Positions 27,896 to 37,576 of a stretch of DNA of 64,000 nt are shown here, in pieces (the first letter of the stretch is position 1; every line of letters starts with the position of its first letter). A program made the translations under genes and the position numbers. The stretch is from a virus, in the IMG/VR virus record IMGVR_UViG_3300042731_005302. One strand, written 5' to 3'. The notes under the pieces were generated by a model. It was not told the origin of the DNA and made no database searches. It saw nothing but the letters and a program-made list of their open reading frames with translations.

Positions 27896-28225
27896 TCACT
27901 TACGCTTCTGTTTTTGCCTTTGCTTTATTCTATCCGACTCTAGCTCTAAGTACACTCCATCAATAGCCTGAATTGCCTTAATGAAGGCATATTCCTCGTC
28001 TGGGGAGGTATAGCCAAACATCCCAGCTACAGAGGAGATGTGTGTCACTACAAGGGGATTGGGTCCGTTGAACCCAGGCATGCGGGAAGCTTGCAGAAAG
28101 AAGAAAGCTTCTACAAGGAGGGAAGAAACTAATCCGGTATCAGGCCTGTTCCGTAAAGCCGGCGGCATCGTCCCTGTCTGTCGGTAAGACCTCATGAGGG
28201 TCTTCATGGAAGACCCCCATTGCAT
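27896..28225 (-). CDS. tail assembly chaperone, frameshift-extension (T-like) ORF
   Basis: Lies in the -1 frame relative to 28234..28665, with no stop codon between the slippery site and its ATG. Confidence 0.65.
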   Translation of the reverse strand: MQWGSSMKTLMRSYRQTGTMPPALRNRPDTGLVSSLLVEAFFFLQASRMPGFNGPNPLVVTHISSVAGMFGYTSPDEEYAFIKAIQAIDGVYLELESDRIKQRQKQKRK

Positions 28226-28233
28226 GCCCCAGC

Positions 28234-28665
28234 TTACTGCTTTTTTGCCTCTTCTATCTCAGACTGGCTGAAATGAGAGATGTCTCCGGCCTTGGCGGTG
28301 ACAAACTCGTACAGCTTAGGAGATTCCTTCAAAGCTACTGCTCCCAGCTCCTGGGAATACGGCGTCTCTTTATTCCCGACAGAGATGTTCTTCCAGTCCA
28401 ACAGGACGAACCGTGCCAAGGCCTGGCAGGTGATAGAAGTGATGGTGTCGTACTGATCTGGGTTGGCGTCGTCCAGTTCAACTCGATGCTCACGGGCCAG
28501 TTTGGCTAGAGCACCCTTGTACGCCGGGTTGTCCGAAGATGCCAGTTTAAGCTTAGCGTCTCCGAAAAAATTGAACCATTTGCCGTTCGACCCAGAATTG
28601 GGGTCCAAGGAAATAGAGGAAAGATCAAGCATGATAGTATCCTTTGTGATTGACGTAGGTTGCAA
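28234..28665 (-). CDS. tail assembly chaperone (G-like)
   Basis: 143 aa directly upstream of the tape measure. Ends ...GAA GAG GCA AAA AAG CAG TAA, which contains a dnaX-type slippery heptamer. Confidence 0.7.
   Translation of the reverse strand: MQPTSITKDTIMLDLSSISLDPNSGSNGKWFNFFGDAKLKLASSDNPAYKGALAKLAREHRVELDDANPDQYDTITSITCQALARFVLLDWKNISVGNKETPYSQELGAVALKESPKLYEFVTAKAGDISHFSQSEIEEAKKQ
28240..28246 (-). promoter_or_regulatory. programmed -1 ribosomal frameshift site A_AAA_AAG
   Basis: The zero frame reads GCA AAA AAG. A -1 slip reads GCA GTA AGC TGG GGC ATG CAA... straight into ORF 27896..28225. Confidence 0.65.
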
Positions 28666-28704
28666 GTCACAAAGGATTGTAGCTGACGGCTATTTTATAC
28701 GCAA

Positions 28705-29175
28705 CTAAGTTGTTTCATCAGTTACAGGGTCGTATGTGGGAGATGCTGACCCAAAGAAGCTGGTAATGTCCGTATCACTCGCATCGTAGGCTGCCAATAG
28801 CAAGTCCTTATACTTCTCGGCCCTGGACGTAGCCTCAGTGGTAGCTTTCTCCAAAGCTTCCTTGTGCCGCTTGAAGGCATTCTGCCCGTCCGTGAATTCA
28901 GCCGCAGACCCTAGCTGAAGATGCGGATAAATGACGAGAGCGCCATAGTACTGTCCACAAAGCTTCAATAGTTCAAGCTTACTGTCATAGCCCTCTGTAG
29001 CAGCCGCAGCTTTACTGATGACAAGAGCAATGGTCTCTGGTAGCCAGCCCTCAATCTCAATGCGTAGCTCTATATCAAAGAAAGTGGAGGTAAAAATAGA
29101 GTCTTGGAGTTCCTCTTCCTCAACTCCCAGAACACCTCTGATAGAGTCTGAGCATGTAATTCCAAGGAACTCCAT
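28705..29175 (-). CDS. hypothetical protein (possible head-tail connector)
   Basis: 156 aa, acidic and helical, located between the capsid gene and the chaperones. Confidence 0.4.
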   Translation of the reverse strand: MEFLGITCSDSIRGVLGVEEEELQDSIFTSTFFDIELRIEIEGWLPETIALVISKAAAATEGYDSKLELLKLCGQYYGALVIYPHLQLGSAAEFTDGQNAFKRHKEALEKATTEATSRAEKYKDLLLAAYDASDTDITSFFGSASPTYDPVTDETT

Positions 29176-29178
29176 CGT

Positions 29179-29442
29179 TTAATCCTCCAGCTTCAGGACA
29201 CCGGCTTTGAGCTGAGCCCGAACAAAACTGTCCAGTTCCACCTTTGGGGATTCATGAAGCCGCACAGTGATGTTCTGTACTGGGATATGCACCTTATAGG
29301 GCGTGGCCAAAGAAACACGGGCCATCTCAGGAGAGCGTGTAGCCGCCTTTCGTGGGCCTCGGTTCTTCTTTGGGGCCGGCGCAGGTGGAGTAGGGGCCTG
29401 ATTCTCCGCAGCCTCTGGCACGTTTGGGGTTTCGTCAGTCAT
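29179..29442 (-). CDS. hypothetical protein
   Basis: 87 aa with a Pro/Ala-rich basic N-terminus. First ORF after the capsid terminator. Confidence 0.5.
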   Translation of the reverse strand: MTDETPNVPEAAENQAPTPPAPAPKKNRGPRKAATRSPEMARVSLATPYKVHIPVQNITVRLHESPKVELDSFVRAQLKAGVLKLED

Positions 29443-29528
29443 ATGTGGTTCTCCGTGTGTATAAAAATATGCTCGAACGTCTGAATTTAATAGTACCGCA
29501 ATCCACGGGCCTTAGCTATATGCCATGT

Positions 29529-29553
29529 AAAAAGCCGGCCCGAAGGCCGGCTT
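29529..29553 (-). terminator. rho-independent terminator after the capsid gene
   Basis: The minus strand reads aagccggcc-ttcg-ggccggctt followed by ttt. Confidence 0.65.
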
Positions 29554-29579
29554 AACCCTACAACTCCAGCAAGTCCCTA

Positions 29580-30812
29580 TTAGGAGAAGTCAAGCAGCTT
29601 GAACGCTTCATCCATCAGGCGATAGGTCAGTTCGCCGGCATCGAAGCGCATAGCGGTGGACCGCTGCAGAACCAGGTCCTGGATGGCCGAATACTGGGCC
29701 GAAGCGTTCACCACCCGGCGCAGAGCATAGCGGCTATCGAACAGCAGGATCTGATCAGCCGGGATAGTACCGGTCGGAACCACCATGGCATTCGGCACTC
29801 CGACGGCCCAATTCAGGACGTTCGGCTCCACGTTCAGGCCGTAGTTGCCCAGATCGCCAGCGTTTCCGCCAGTGGTCCGAGGATCGAAGATTACGGGCCG
29901 ATCGGTACGCTTCTGAACCGCCAGGAAGGCGTCCAGATCGCACAGCATGGAGTCGTAAGACACCTTGCGGGTCGGATCGTACAGAGCCTTCAGCCACGCC
30001 GTCTGAGTCATGACCCCGCCAGTAGCCGCTGCATCGTAGGTAGACGCATTGACCGCCGTCAGAGCCGCCTGACCGGCGTCGGTGTTACCTGCTACGACAT
30101 CATTGATGTCTTCCCACAGCTTGGCGTAACGCTCGCCCTGAGCCTGCTGCAGGAGAATCGTGGAAACCAGGTTCAGAGCAGTGTTGCGCTGGGCCTGTTC
30201 ACTGATCTGCAGACCGATGCTGGTGGTGATGATGCTCTTCGAGTACTGGCTGGCAGTGATGGATACCAACTGGCGCGGCATGGTGTTCTGAGCGATAGGC
30301 TGAGAACGCTCATCACGCGGAGCAGTCACATCGATCTGAGGCTGGGTGAACATCTCAGTCTGGATGACATCAGTCTCCGAGATCATTCTAGCCCAAACCG
30401 CAGCCTCTACGCCGTAGTCCTCGACCAGAGCCTCATTCATGAGACGCATAACTGTCTCAGGGAAGAACAAGCGAGTGGCAGGGGTGGTGCCCTGAGTGCT
30501 GGGAGCCACCACGGTGGAGCCGGAAGCCAGCTGCAGGCCAGACGGCCGCTGTACGCCGGACATCACATCATAGACGGTGGAGGCCAGGATGCCGCGCTTG
30601 GCGTTTGGCTTGGCATGTACGCCCAAGTTCAAACAGGCTTGGGTGAACACATCACCGTAGTACGGATCAGCGTCCGGGTATTTGTGTGCAAGATAGGACG
30701 ACAGACTCATGCCGGTGTTGGAGGCGTTCTCATAGTCATGGAGAGTGATCTCACCCTCTTTCTTGACATCGCCGCCAGCAGAGCTGACGTAAAAGAATTT
30801 AACTTCGTTCAT
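29580..30812 (-). CDS. major capsid protein
   Basis: 410 aa with a GGAGAA SD. Follows the protease/scaffold and decoration genes and is followed by a terminator. Confidence 0.7.
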   Translation of the reverse strand: MNEVKFFYVSSAGGDVKKEGEITLHDYENASNTGMSLSSYLAHKYPDADPYYGDVFTQACLNLGVHAKPNAKRGILASTVYDVMSGVQRPSGLQLASGSTVVAPSTQGTTPATRLFFPETVMRLMNEALVEDYGVEAAVWARMISETDVIQTEMFTQPQIDVTAPRDERSQPIAQNTMPRQLVSITASQYSKSIITTSIGLQISEQAQRNTALNLVSTILLQQAQGERYAKLWEDINDVVAGNTDAGQAALTAVNASTYDAAATGGVMTQTAWLKALYDPTRKVSYDSMLCDLDAFLAVQKRTDRPVIFDPRTTGGNAGDLGNYGLNVEPNVLNWAVGVPNAMVVPTGTIPADQILLFDSRYALRRVVNASAQYSAIQDLVLQRSTAMRFDAGELTYRLMDEAFKLLDFS

Positions 30813-30845
30813 CGATATTCTCCGATAGGGTCTTGAGTAAGCCGA

Positions 30846-31289
30846 TTAGATCTTGCGAATCAAGACCTTACTACCGGCACCAGTGGCGTAAACGGCCATT
30901 ACCTTCCACCGCTCGACGAGGTTGGGATCAGTGGTAGTGTCATGCACCACGACGTTCTGTAACGCCCCGGAGGCGAAAGCAGTACCAACCGCCGTCGGTG
31001 TGCCGGCCACCACCAGGTCGCCAACAGCCAGGGTGCCGTCTTCGTCAGTCGCGTAGGTCTCCCGGTTGGTATCGCAGGCTACCGCCGCCACCCGATCACC
31101 GTCTTTGGTATACGGCTCAACAGCGGAGATAAACCCGTAGATCTCGTCTTGGTCGGCACACAGGGTGACGTTGTCGCCATCCAGCTTGACGGCCTTACCG
31201 ATATCGTTGGAAGACCAAGTACCGGCAGCAGCCTTCAAGGTCTCCACGCGATCCGGTACGTTAGGATCGATTCGCAGCATACGTTTCAT
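30846..31289 (-). CDS. head decoration protein candidate (DUF2190-like)
   Basis: GKAVKLDGDNVTL...IYGFISAV...GDLVVAGT pattern. Lies between the protease and the capsid gene. Confidence 0.5.
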   Translation of the reverse strand: MKRMLRIDPNVPDRVETLKAAAGTWSSNDIGKAVKLDGDNVTLCADQDEIYGFISAVEPYTKDGDRVAAVACDTNRETYATDEDGTLAVGDLVVAGTPTAVGTAFASGALQNVVVHDTTTDPNLVERWKVMAVYATGAGSKVLIRKI

Positions 31290-31346
31290 GTGTCTAGCCT
31301 CTTAGTTTAGATAGTGCTGCATATTTGGAGCAGCTGCTTTACCGGC

Positions 31347-32831
31347 TTACGCCGACTCTTCTACAGGATGCAGGCCCAGGCTGGCCGCCACCACTTCAGG
31401 AGGAATCTCTTCGGCCCCGCCTTCAGAAATAGACTTCTGGCCGCTGGTGAATCTCTCCTCGAACTGGGCTTTGGTAGCGGTATAAAACTTAACTACTTGG
31501 GCCGGCTCGGAAGCGCTCAGATCACTGGGAGTCTGGCCGATCCGGACCTGCATATCACGAGCCGCGTCTCTGGCCACAGCCAACAGACTCCCGATAGTAC
31601 CTGCCTGAGCCTCAGCCGTAGCAGTTGCTGTAGCCAGGTTGGCCTCAGCAGCGGCCAGATCACGCTGAGCGGTGCGAAGCTCCTCACGGAGAAATGCTAC
31701 CATCTCGGAAGGCTGTTCTGTCTCGGCTGCCGGAGTATTGTCGTTGGCCTGGGTTTCAGGCGTCTCTTCCTCAGAAGCCTCGGTTTCAGGGGTTTCAGAC
31801 TCATGACCAGCCGTACCCTCAGAGTCTGTGTTCTCAGAAGGAGCTTGCCCCAGGGCGGCCAACTGCTCTTCGCTCATCTCGATTTTCTTAGCCATGAGGC
31901 CTCCACGCAGTAGAATTGAGTTTGCAATGTGACTATATTGAACCTGTGATTGATTGCCTAGATTACTCTGATCCAAGCGACCAAGCAAAGATTCCAAATC
32001 TGTGACGCTGTCAGCCAGCCCTAGCTGTACTGCTTCTTCCATGAAGAACGTCTTACCTTGGCCCCACTCAGACTCATCTTCAAGAGAGACGGGCCGGCGG
32101 GCTGCGACATGCTGGGTAAAGAACCCACCAATTGTGGAGACCTTTTCCTGCAGCATGTCTAATGCTTTCTGAGAGATCGGCTCAGACGGATGGCCGAGGG
32201 CCTTATACTCTCCGGAGCGAACGACTCGGCGGTCGATGCCTCGGTCCTTCAACATCCCGGCAATCGAGGTATATTCGATCACTGCGCCGATAGATCCAGC
32301 TTCAGCCATGCGTCCGCCGTAAATCTTCTGGGTTTCAGCAGCCAGCCAGTATCCAGCAGAAGCAGCCTGACGCTTGATAAAAGAGTATGAAGGAGTATCC
32401 TTGCCAATCTCTCGTATGGCAGAGCCTGCCGTCTCAACCCCGGAGGCACTACCACCTGGAGTGGACCAAAGATACAGCAAAGAAGTTACGTCTGGATCTT
32501 CAGAGAGCCGGCGGGCGGCATAGGTTATAGAATCATACGAAACCAAGCCGAACCATGCGTTAAAGTAACTGGAATCATCAACCAGAGGGCCGTCTACTTC
32601 CACCACGCCGACAGACCCAACCTTGAAACTAATGGAATCCGCTAGGAACTCCATCAGCCTGACAACCGGGTCCTCGTCATCATCTTCGTCTCCATCAGAA
32701 GCAAACAATGCCACTGACTGGGGAGAGATATTAGGATGCTCTAGCAGGTAGGCGTTGGCATCAGCCAACTGCAGGTAGGAGCGCTCATCTCCAAGCCAAA
32801 TATCCGGGACTCTGTATAGAAACTTGTGCAT
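31347..32831 (-). CDS. S49 (SppA/ClpP-like) prohead protease fused to an acidic scaffold-like C-terminus
   Basis: LWSTPGGSASG and QAASAGYWLAA (catalytic Ser context). C-terminal Glu/Thr/Ala-rich coiled region. Confidence 0.8.
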   Translation of the reverse strand: MHKFLYRVPDIWLGDERSYLQLADANAYLLEHPNISPQSVALFASDGDEDDDEDPVVRLMEFLADSISFKVGSVGVVEVDGPLVDDSSYFNAWFGLVSYDSITYAARRLSEDPDVTSLLYLWSTPGGSASGVETAGSAIREIGKDTPSYSFIKRQAASAGYWLAAETQKIYGGRMAEAGSIGAVIEYTSIAGMLKDRGIDRRVVRSGEYKALGHPSEPISQKALDMLQEKVSTIGGFFTQHVAARRPVSLEDESEWGQGKTFFMEEAVQLGLADSVTDLESLLGRLDQSNLGNQSQVQYSHIANSILLRGGLMAKKIEMSEEQLAALGQAPSENTDSEGTAGHESETPETEASEEETPETQANDNTPAAETEQPSEMVAFLREELRTAQRDLAAAEANLATATATAEAQAGTIGSLLAVARDAARDMQVRIGQTPSDLSASEPAQVVKFYTATKAQFEERFTSGQKSISEGGAEEIPPEVVAASLGLHPVEESA

Positions 32832-32907
32832 CAGATTAAAGCGCCTTGACGTTGCCCATAAGGTAGCTCATTGTTCTTGTAAAATCAACCAGTTGTATGT
32901 GTAGTTC

Positions 32908-33252
32908 CTACCACCTACAACTATCCCCGGTGAACTGCACATGCCCAATAAGCGTCTGTGCAGGGGAAGCATCAGTTACAACCAAGAACTTGAGGGTGTA
33001 CAAAACACCTGCCTGCATGCCTGAAACGGTAGCCAAAGCAACTTGACCCGTCGGGATCGTGCTGCCCAAAATATCCATGGGCCGATCACTTATCTGCTGG
33101 CCAGTGATAGTCAGATCCGAGGACCCCTCCTCCGTTACCGTAGGAGAGCCAGTAAGCAATTCCCCAGGATACAGATCCTCAGCAAAAGAGGCTCTGATGG
33201 TCCTGGTAGACCCCGGAGGAACTCCGGGGCGTTGTGGAGCTAACGATCCCAT
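32908..33252 (-). CDS. hypothetical protein (beta-rich)
   Basis: 114-aa ORF in the structural operon. Confidence 0.5.
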   Translation of the reverse strand: MGSLAPQRPGVPPGSTRTIRASFAEDLYPGELLTGSPTVTEEGSSDLTITGQQISDRPMDILGSTIPTGQVALATVSGMQAGVLYTLKFLVVTDASPAQTLIGHVQFTGDSCRW

Positions 33253-33261
33253 CTAAGGACA

Positions 33262-33633
33262 TTACACTGGAGCAAAGCCGCGAAGCTGGCGATAGATCTC
33301 ACGGGCATCCTTGGCTCCGGCCACCGCACCCTTGCCTTCAGGGAACCGAGCCCGAGCCCAGAGGGACACTCCACCGTTATCGGCCTTGGTGCCGTCTTTA
33401 ATGTGGATACGTAGAGCCCCTTTTGGGGGCGCTGCTACATCTGTACCGGCCACGCCAATCAGAACCTCAAACTTGGCAATACACTTAGCGACGGTGAGCC
33501 AGTACTGATCGTAGTCCTTCTCATCGACTCCAATCTCACCCAAAATCTCCGGGTAGAACTCGTCAGCCTGAGTTTCAATAAATCCAGGACCACGCACTGT
33601 GGCCCAATCTGGCAGCTGTACTTTACGGGGCAT
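33262..33633 (-). CDS. hypothetical protein
   Basis: 123-aa ORF. Confidence 0.5.
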   Translation of the reverse strand: MPRKVQLPDWATVRGPGFIETQADEFYPEILGEIGVDEKDYDQYWLTVAKCIAKFEVLIGVAGTDVAAPPKGALRIHIKDGTKADNGGVSLWARARFPEGKGAVAGAKDAREIYRQLRGFAPV

Positions 33634-33662
33634 GTCAATAACCTCTGGAATAAGACTAAAAC

Positions 33663-34103
33663 TTAAGAAGCTCGGACAAATCCCTCAGAATTTATCTGAG
33701 CGGTGATGTCGCTTCCGTCCGTAGTCACCGCGAAGTCGTGGTGAGTCAAGGGAATGCGCCCGGTGTCGGCAGCAGACTCTTCATACGCTACTACGAGCTT
33801 GGTCAACGTATTATTTGTCGCCCCGCCGGCAGGAGACCAAGTCTGGTCTCCTAGGTCAACATCAACCCAGTTGTTCGTGTCATCTACTTCGATAACTCCA
33901 GTAAGTCCTGTCTTCCTAGCATACGAGGTAAAGTCAGCCTCGGTATTACCGGCGGGAGTTAGCAGAGCGTCGATAGTGTCGTAGTCTACCAGTGTGGCTT
34001 CAGCCTCGTTTGCCTTCAGCAGAAGGACAAGGACCACTGTGTCACTGTCACGGATCTTCTCCGCGAAAGCACCCTTTGCAATATTGAAAACACCGTCGGC
34101 CAT
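33663..34103 (-). CDS. hypothetical protein
   Basis: 146-aa ORF directly downstream of the repeat protein. Confidence 0.5.
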   Translation of the reverse strand: MADGVFNIAKGAFAEKIRDSDTVVLVLLLKANEAEATLVDYDTIDALLTPAGNTEADFTSYARKTGLTGVIEVDDTNNWVDVDLGDQTWSPAGGATNNTLTKLVVAYEESAADTGRIPLTHHDFAVTTDGSDITAQINSEGFVRAS

Positions 34104-34117
34104 GATCCTTACCTCTA

Positions 34118-36589
34118 CTATGGTTTTGGGATTGAGAACTCTAAACGCTCTTGTGGCGTAATAAACTGTAGTTTATTACCTGGGATAACATACTGCAATC
34201 CCTCAGGAATAATTACTACTGCGCCGTGGATGGAAATGTGCAGGGCACTATCGATCTCTTGAGCTTGGTCCATGCTCACAGAGCGATAATAAGTAACATT
34301 TTGGCCGTAATCTGTTTCTGAGGCCTGACCCGTACCAAATACTCGGATGGCCGAAGCAGGTAAGGCAGAATCAGCTTCTTCAGCATAAACTATAGGTTTG
34401 ACCTTGCTGGACCCTACTGCAAACGCCGTGTCAGTCTCTACCGCTTGACCTACTACGCTGGCCGCACTCCAAGACACGGAAAAAGCTGAATCAGCTTCTT
34501 GAGATTGGCCTAAGTTAACAGCATAGGCCGGTACCACAGGAAGCGCAACATCTGTCTCTAGGGCTAGGCCAATGGCCAACTCTCTGAACCAATCAACTGA
34601 GAAGGCAGAATCGGTTTCTAGGGCCTGGCTTATCGACTTAGCCAAACTCCAAGAGATAGAGAATGCCGAGTCGGTTTCCTGGGCCTGTCCTACCACTGTA
34701 GCTACAGCAGGAGACACATCAAAAGCAGAATCAACTTCAGAAGCCTGGCCTACTGCCAATTCCCTGAACCAATCAACCGAGAAGGCCGAATCAACCTCTT
34801 GTGCCTGATTAACTAGAATTGCGCCACTGGATACGACCTCAAAAGCTGAATCAGTTTCCAGAGCTTGAGACAGGTGGGACGTTTTAAGGCTACCTAACGA
34901 GAACGCCGAGTCCGCCTCAAGCGCCAAGGACAGGGAGATCGATTTAAAGAGGTCTGTAGTAAGCGCAGAATCTGTCTCCAGGGCCTGTCCTAGCTCTAAT
35001 GCCTTAGTCCAAGACAATAAGAAGGCAGAGTCCGCCTCTTGAGCCTGCTGCAAAGCCCAAGCCTTACTAGCGTCAAGACCAAATGCTGCATCCGTCTCTG
35101 TACTCAGTCCCACGGAATATCCACGCAAGATAGTAGGTGCAAGGCCTGAGTCAGTTTCATTGGCCAGCCCAACTACGGTGGAAGACGAGGTGCTGACAGC
35201 AAATGCCGTATCTGACTCCGCAGCTTCCCCTAGTTCATAGGCTCTAAGGATAGCGACAGAGAAGGCAGAGTCAGCTTCTGAGGCTTGGCTAATCGCATAG
35301 CTTCTAACCAAGGCCATTGCAAAAGCAGTGTCTGCTTCCGTAGCTAATCCAGCCGGAATAATCCGCACCGCCGCTATATCGAACGAAGAATCTGCCTCTG
35401 AAGCCAGCCCCAAAGTGTAACTTCTTACAGGCGTGATAGCGAAAGCACTATCCGTCTCAACCGCTTGAGAGACAGAGACGAAGGCTCCAGCATCCTCGTA
35501 CTCTGCATCCCACCAGTTATGAGAAAGTGGATGCCCGCTAAGCCAGCCAGGATATACGTACTCAACTGTAGCCAGCGAGAAACTGGTATCCGTCTCAACT
35601 GCTTGCAGAACCAGCACAGATCTTGAGTACGAAATAGAAAAAGCAGAATCTGCTTCTAAAGCCTGACCTACAGCAGAAACCTTCAGGATTGACGCTGGCT
35701 GAGCGCTGTCAGATTCCTGAGCTTGGCCGGCTGAAAGATTTTTACTGGCTGAGGCTTGGAGAGCAGAGTTCGTCTCACTCGATATCCCTACCGCATAGCT
35801 TCTTTCTATCCCTGTAGAAAATGCGCTATCAGTCTCAGAGCTTTGCCCGACCGCTATAGTGGAACCCAGTTCCAAAGCAAACGCAGAGTCAGCTTCAGCA
35901 GCCTGACCAGCAGCGACTGACTTTACTTCAACAGCTGGTTGCGCACTATCCGCTTCAGAGGCCAACCCAACAGACACGGTCTTGATCGCCGTGACGGAGA
36001 ATGCACTATCTGTGCTGCTGGACTGACCTACACTCTTGGTCTTAGCGCCAGTAACCGGCTGCGCAGAGTCCGTCTCAGATGCCTGGTTTACAGGCTCCGT
36101 GATTGTGGCCGAATACTCCCCTTCTATACGTACATCGTAAATAGACGCAGTAGCACCATCAGGCCCGGCAGCCTTAACCCCATTACAGCGAACTCTAATA
36201 TTGCTGTAGTTGGGAAATCCTGACCCACCCCAATCAGCACTATTCAGAGTGGCAGAAAATTCCTGCTTGGTTACCGCTGCGCTGATACTGGCCTGAAGAG
36301 TATGTTTCGTAACACCGTTCTGGTCGGTAACAAGCAGCTCTACGGTGTCATTAGTACCGGCTGTTTTACTGAACCAAACATATATGACAGCACTGGTCCA
36401 TGTCTGCGCTTTGGTGGCCCAGGCCGCAGTACCCTCACTAGCAGATGAGCCTCCTACGGATATTCCTGGGGTAGCATTTAGATTTAGGCCGTCGGCAGAT
36501 GTAGTTGTGTTACCGTCATAGCTATTACCCGGATTACTGAATGAAGCCGGATTATAAGCATCTGTCGGTCTTAAGGTTTCAGTGGCCAC
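34118..36589 (-). CDS. 823-aa repeat protein: ~170-aa N-terminal domain plus ~30 tandem 20-aa E-[TA]-D-S-A-F repeats
   Basis: The translation shows the recurring ...GQAxExDSAFxxxxxxxxxx unit from about residue 175 to 790. The DNA shows a higher-order 180-bp periodicity (34581..34620 vs 34761..34800). Confidence 0.75.
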   Translation of the reverse strand: MATETLRPTDAYNPASFSNPGNSYDGNTTTSADGLNLNATPGISVGGSSASEGTAAWATKAQTWTSAVIYVWFSKTAGTNDTVELLVTDQNGVTKHTLQASISAAVTKQEFSATLNSADWGGSGFPNYSNIRVRCNGVKAAGPDGATASIYDVRIEGEYSATITEPVNQASETDSAQPVTGAKTKSVGQSSSTDSAFSVTAIKTVSVGLASEADSAQPAVEVKSVAAGQAAEADSAFALELGSTIAVGQSSETDSAFSTGIERSYAVGISSETNSALQASASKNLSAGQAQESDSAQPASILKVSAVGQALEADSAFSISYSRSVLVLQAVETDTSFSLATVEYVYPGWLSGHPLSHNWWDAEYEDAGAFVSVSQAVETDSAFAITPVRSYTLGLASEADSSFDIAAVRIIPAGLATEADTAFAMALVRSYAISQASEADSAFSVAILRAYELGEAAESDTAFAVSTSSSTVVGLANETDSGLAPTILRGYSVGLSTETDAAFGLDASKAWALQQAQEADSAFLLSWTKALELGQALETDSALTTDLFKSISLSLALEADSAFSLGSLKTSHLSQALETDSAFEVVSSGAILVNQAQEVDSAFSVDWFRELAVGQASEVDSAFDVSPAVATVVGQAQETDSAFSISWSLAKSISQALETDSAFSVDWFRELAIGLALETDVALPVVPAYAVNLGQSQEADSAFSVSWSAASVVGQAVETDTAFAVGSSKVKPIVYAEEADSALPASAIRVFGTGQASETDYGQNVTYYRSVSMDQAQEIDSALHISIHGAVVIIPEGLQYVIPGNKLQFITPQERLEFSIPKP

Positions 36590-36779
36590 TTAGTGCTAAC
36601 TCTCGGGCGAAAGCCCAGCCCTGGCCGACGACCGGGACTACCAGCCAATCCGGCAAGTGATGGCGCAGGGGATTGCGCGGCGAGAGCAGGACCAGTGTTG
36701 TGGCGTAATACAGCGAGCCCAGCCAGCGGGGGACGGTTGGCGGTGTGTGTCGCATGTCGAGGAGGTTGATAGGGTGCAT
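36579..36779 (-). CDS. possible small hydrophobic protein
   Basis: 66-aa ORF bridging the two flanking genes and overlapping the downstream start. Sits in a locally GC-rich segment. Coding status is uncertain. Confidence 0.3.
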   Translation of the reverse strand: MHPINLLDMRHTPPTVPRWLGSLYYATTLVLLSPRNPLRHHLPDWLVVPVVGQGWAFARELALSGH

Positions 36780-36784
36780 AAATG

Positions 36785-37576
36785 TCAATCCCCGCTACAG
36801 ACTGATGCTCTTTCGCTTGCGTTGAGCGCCCTGTTGTAGAGCCTAATGTTATCTATTACTCCGTCAAATGCTCTACCAGTGTCAGGTGTTCCCACTCTGA
36901 ACGCGATACCTACATAAACGTCCCTGCTCCCTGTATTGGGAGATCCTGGAACAGATACTGCCGTGCCGGTCTCCACGCAATCGACATATAGTCGTAGGTA
37001 CGATCCATCATGGACGGCAAAGAGATAATAAGAAACTCCTGTAGAAAGTGCTTGTGTCGAGATAACGCTATAAGGCGTGCTACTGACATAAAAAGATGCC
37101 TCTATCTTCCCGCTTGCGTGTTCCCGTATAGAATAATTGTATCCAGTAACGGAGGACGCATCTGATTTAGTAACTATTCCCGCGTAATCGGTACTGGATG
37201 TCTTTTTTATCCGTACCCCTATAGTAAATTCATCCAGATCTAAAGATGTTGAATCCGTGGCGAGTCCGTACTCATTGGTTTGATCAAAATCTAACGCGTA
37301 CCCAGACCCATTTAGCCCGGCGACCCAATCCTCAGGATCCGTGTTGTACAGAGTCAGATTGTTGCTGTTGCCACTGGCATCGGTTGCAGTAGACCCGCTT
37401 CCCTCGTCGAATTTCCACCACCCAACCAATCCATCCGTAATCTCAAACGGCGTAAACGCATCCACCACCATCGACCCATAGACGGTGGATGGCCATTGTG
37501 GGCGCTGATTGATGTCGCCGGCAAAGGCGAAGACTGCCGTCGCCGCGAGAAGAAAGGAGAGGATTTTATTGCGCAT
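36785..37576 (-). CDS. LamG/concanavalin-A-like lectin domain protein with Sec signal peptide
   Basis: N-terminus MRNKILSFLLAATAVFAFA/GD. GLVGWWKFDEGSGSTATDASGNSNN...FDGVIDNIRLYNRAL is the classic Laminin_G_3 signature. Confidence 0.7.
   Translation of the reverse strand: MRNKILSFLLAATAVFAFAGDINQRPQWPSTVYGSMVVDAFTPFEITDGLVGWWKFDEGSGSTATDASGNSNNLTLYNTDPEDWVAGLNGSGYALDFDQTNEYGLATDSTSLDLDEFTIGVRIKKTSSTDYAGIVTKSDASSVTGYNYSIREHASGKIEASFYVSSTPYSVISTQALSTGVSYYLFAVHDGSYLRLYVDCVETGTAVSVPGSPNTGSRDVYVGIAFRVGTPDTGRAFDGVIDNIRLYNRALNASERASVCSGD

Noticed and set aside
31314-31913. 199-aa plus-strand ORF.
   Set aside because: It is antisense to the scaffold-like C-terminus of the S49 protease gene, and its composition is Arg/Leu/Ser-rich.
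36590-36784. The locally GC-rich 195-bp segment between the LamG and repeat-protein genes, considered as a foreign insert or ncRNA.
   Set aside because: It is fully spanned by a small ORF that overlaps both neighbours, which suggests translational coupling. There are no flanking repeats or hairpins to suggest mobility. I leave it as a low-confidence CDS.
34118-37576. Diversity-generating retroelement targeting the LamG or repeat proteins.
   Set aside because: No reverse transcriptase and no template/variable repeat pair with adenine-specific differences is visible in the window.
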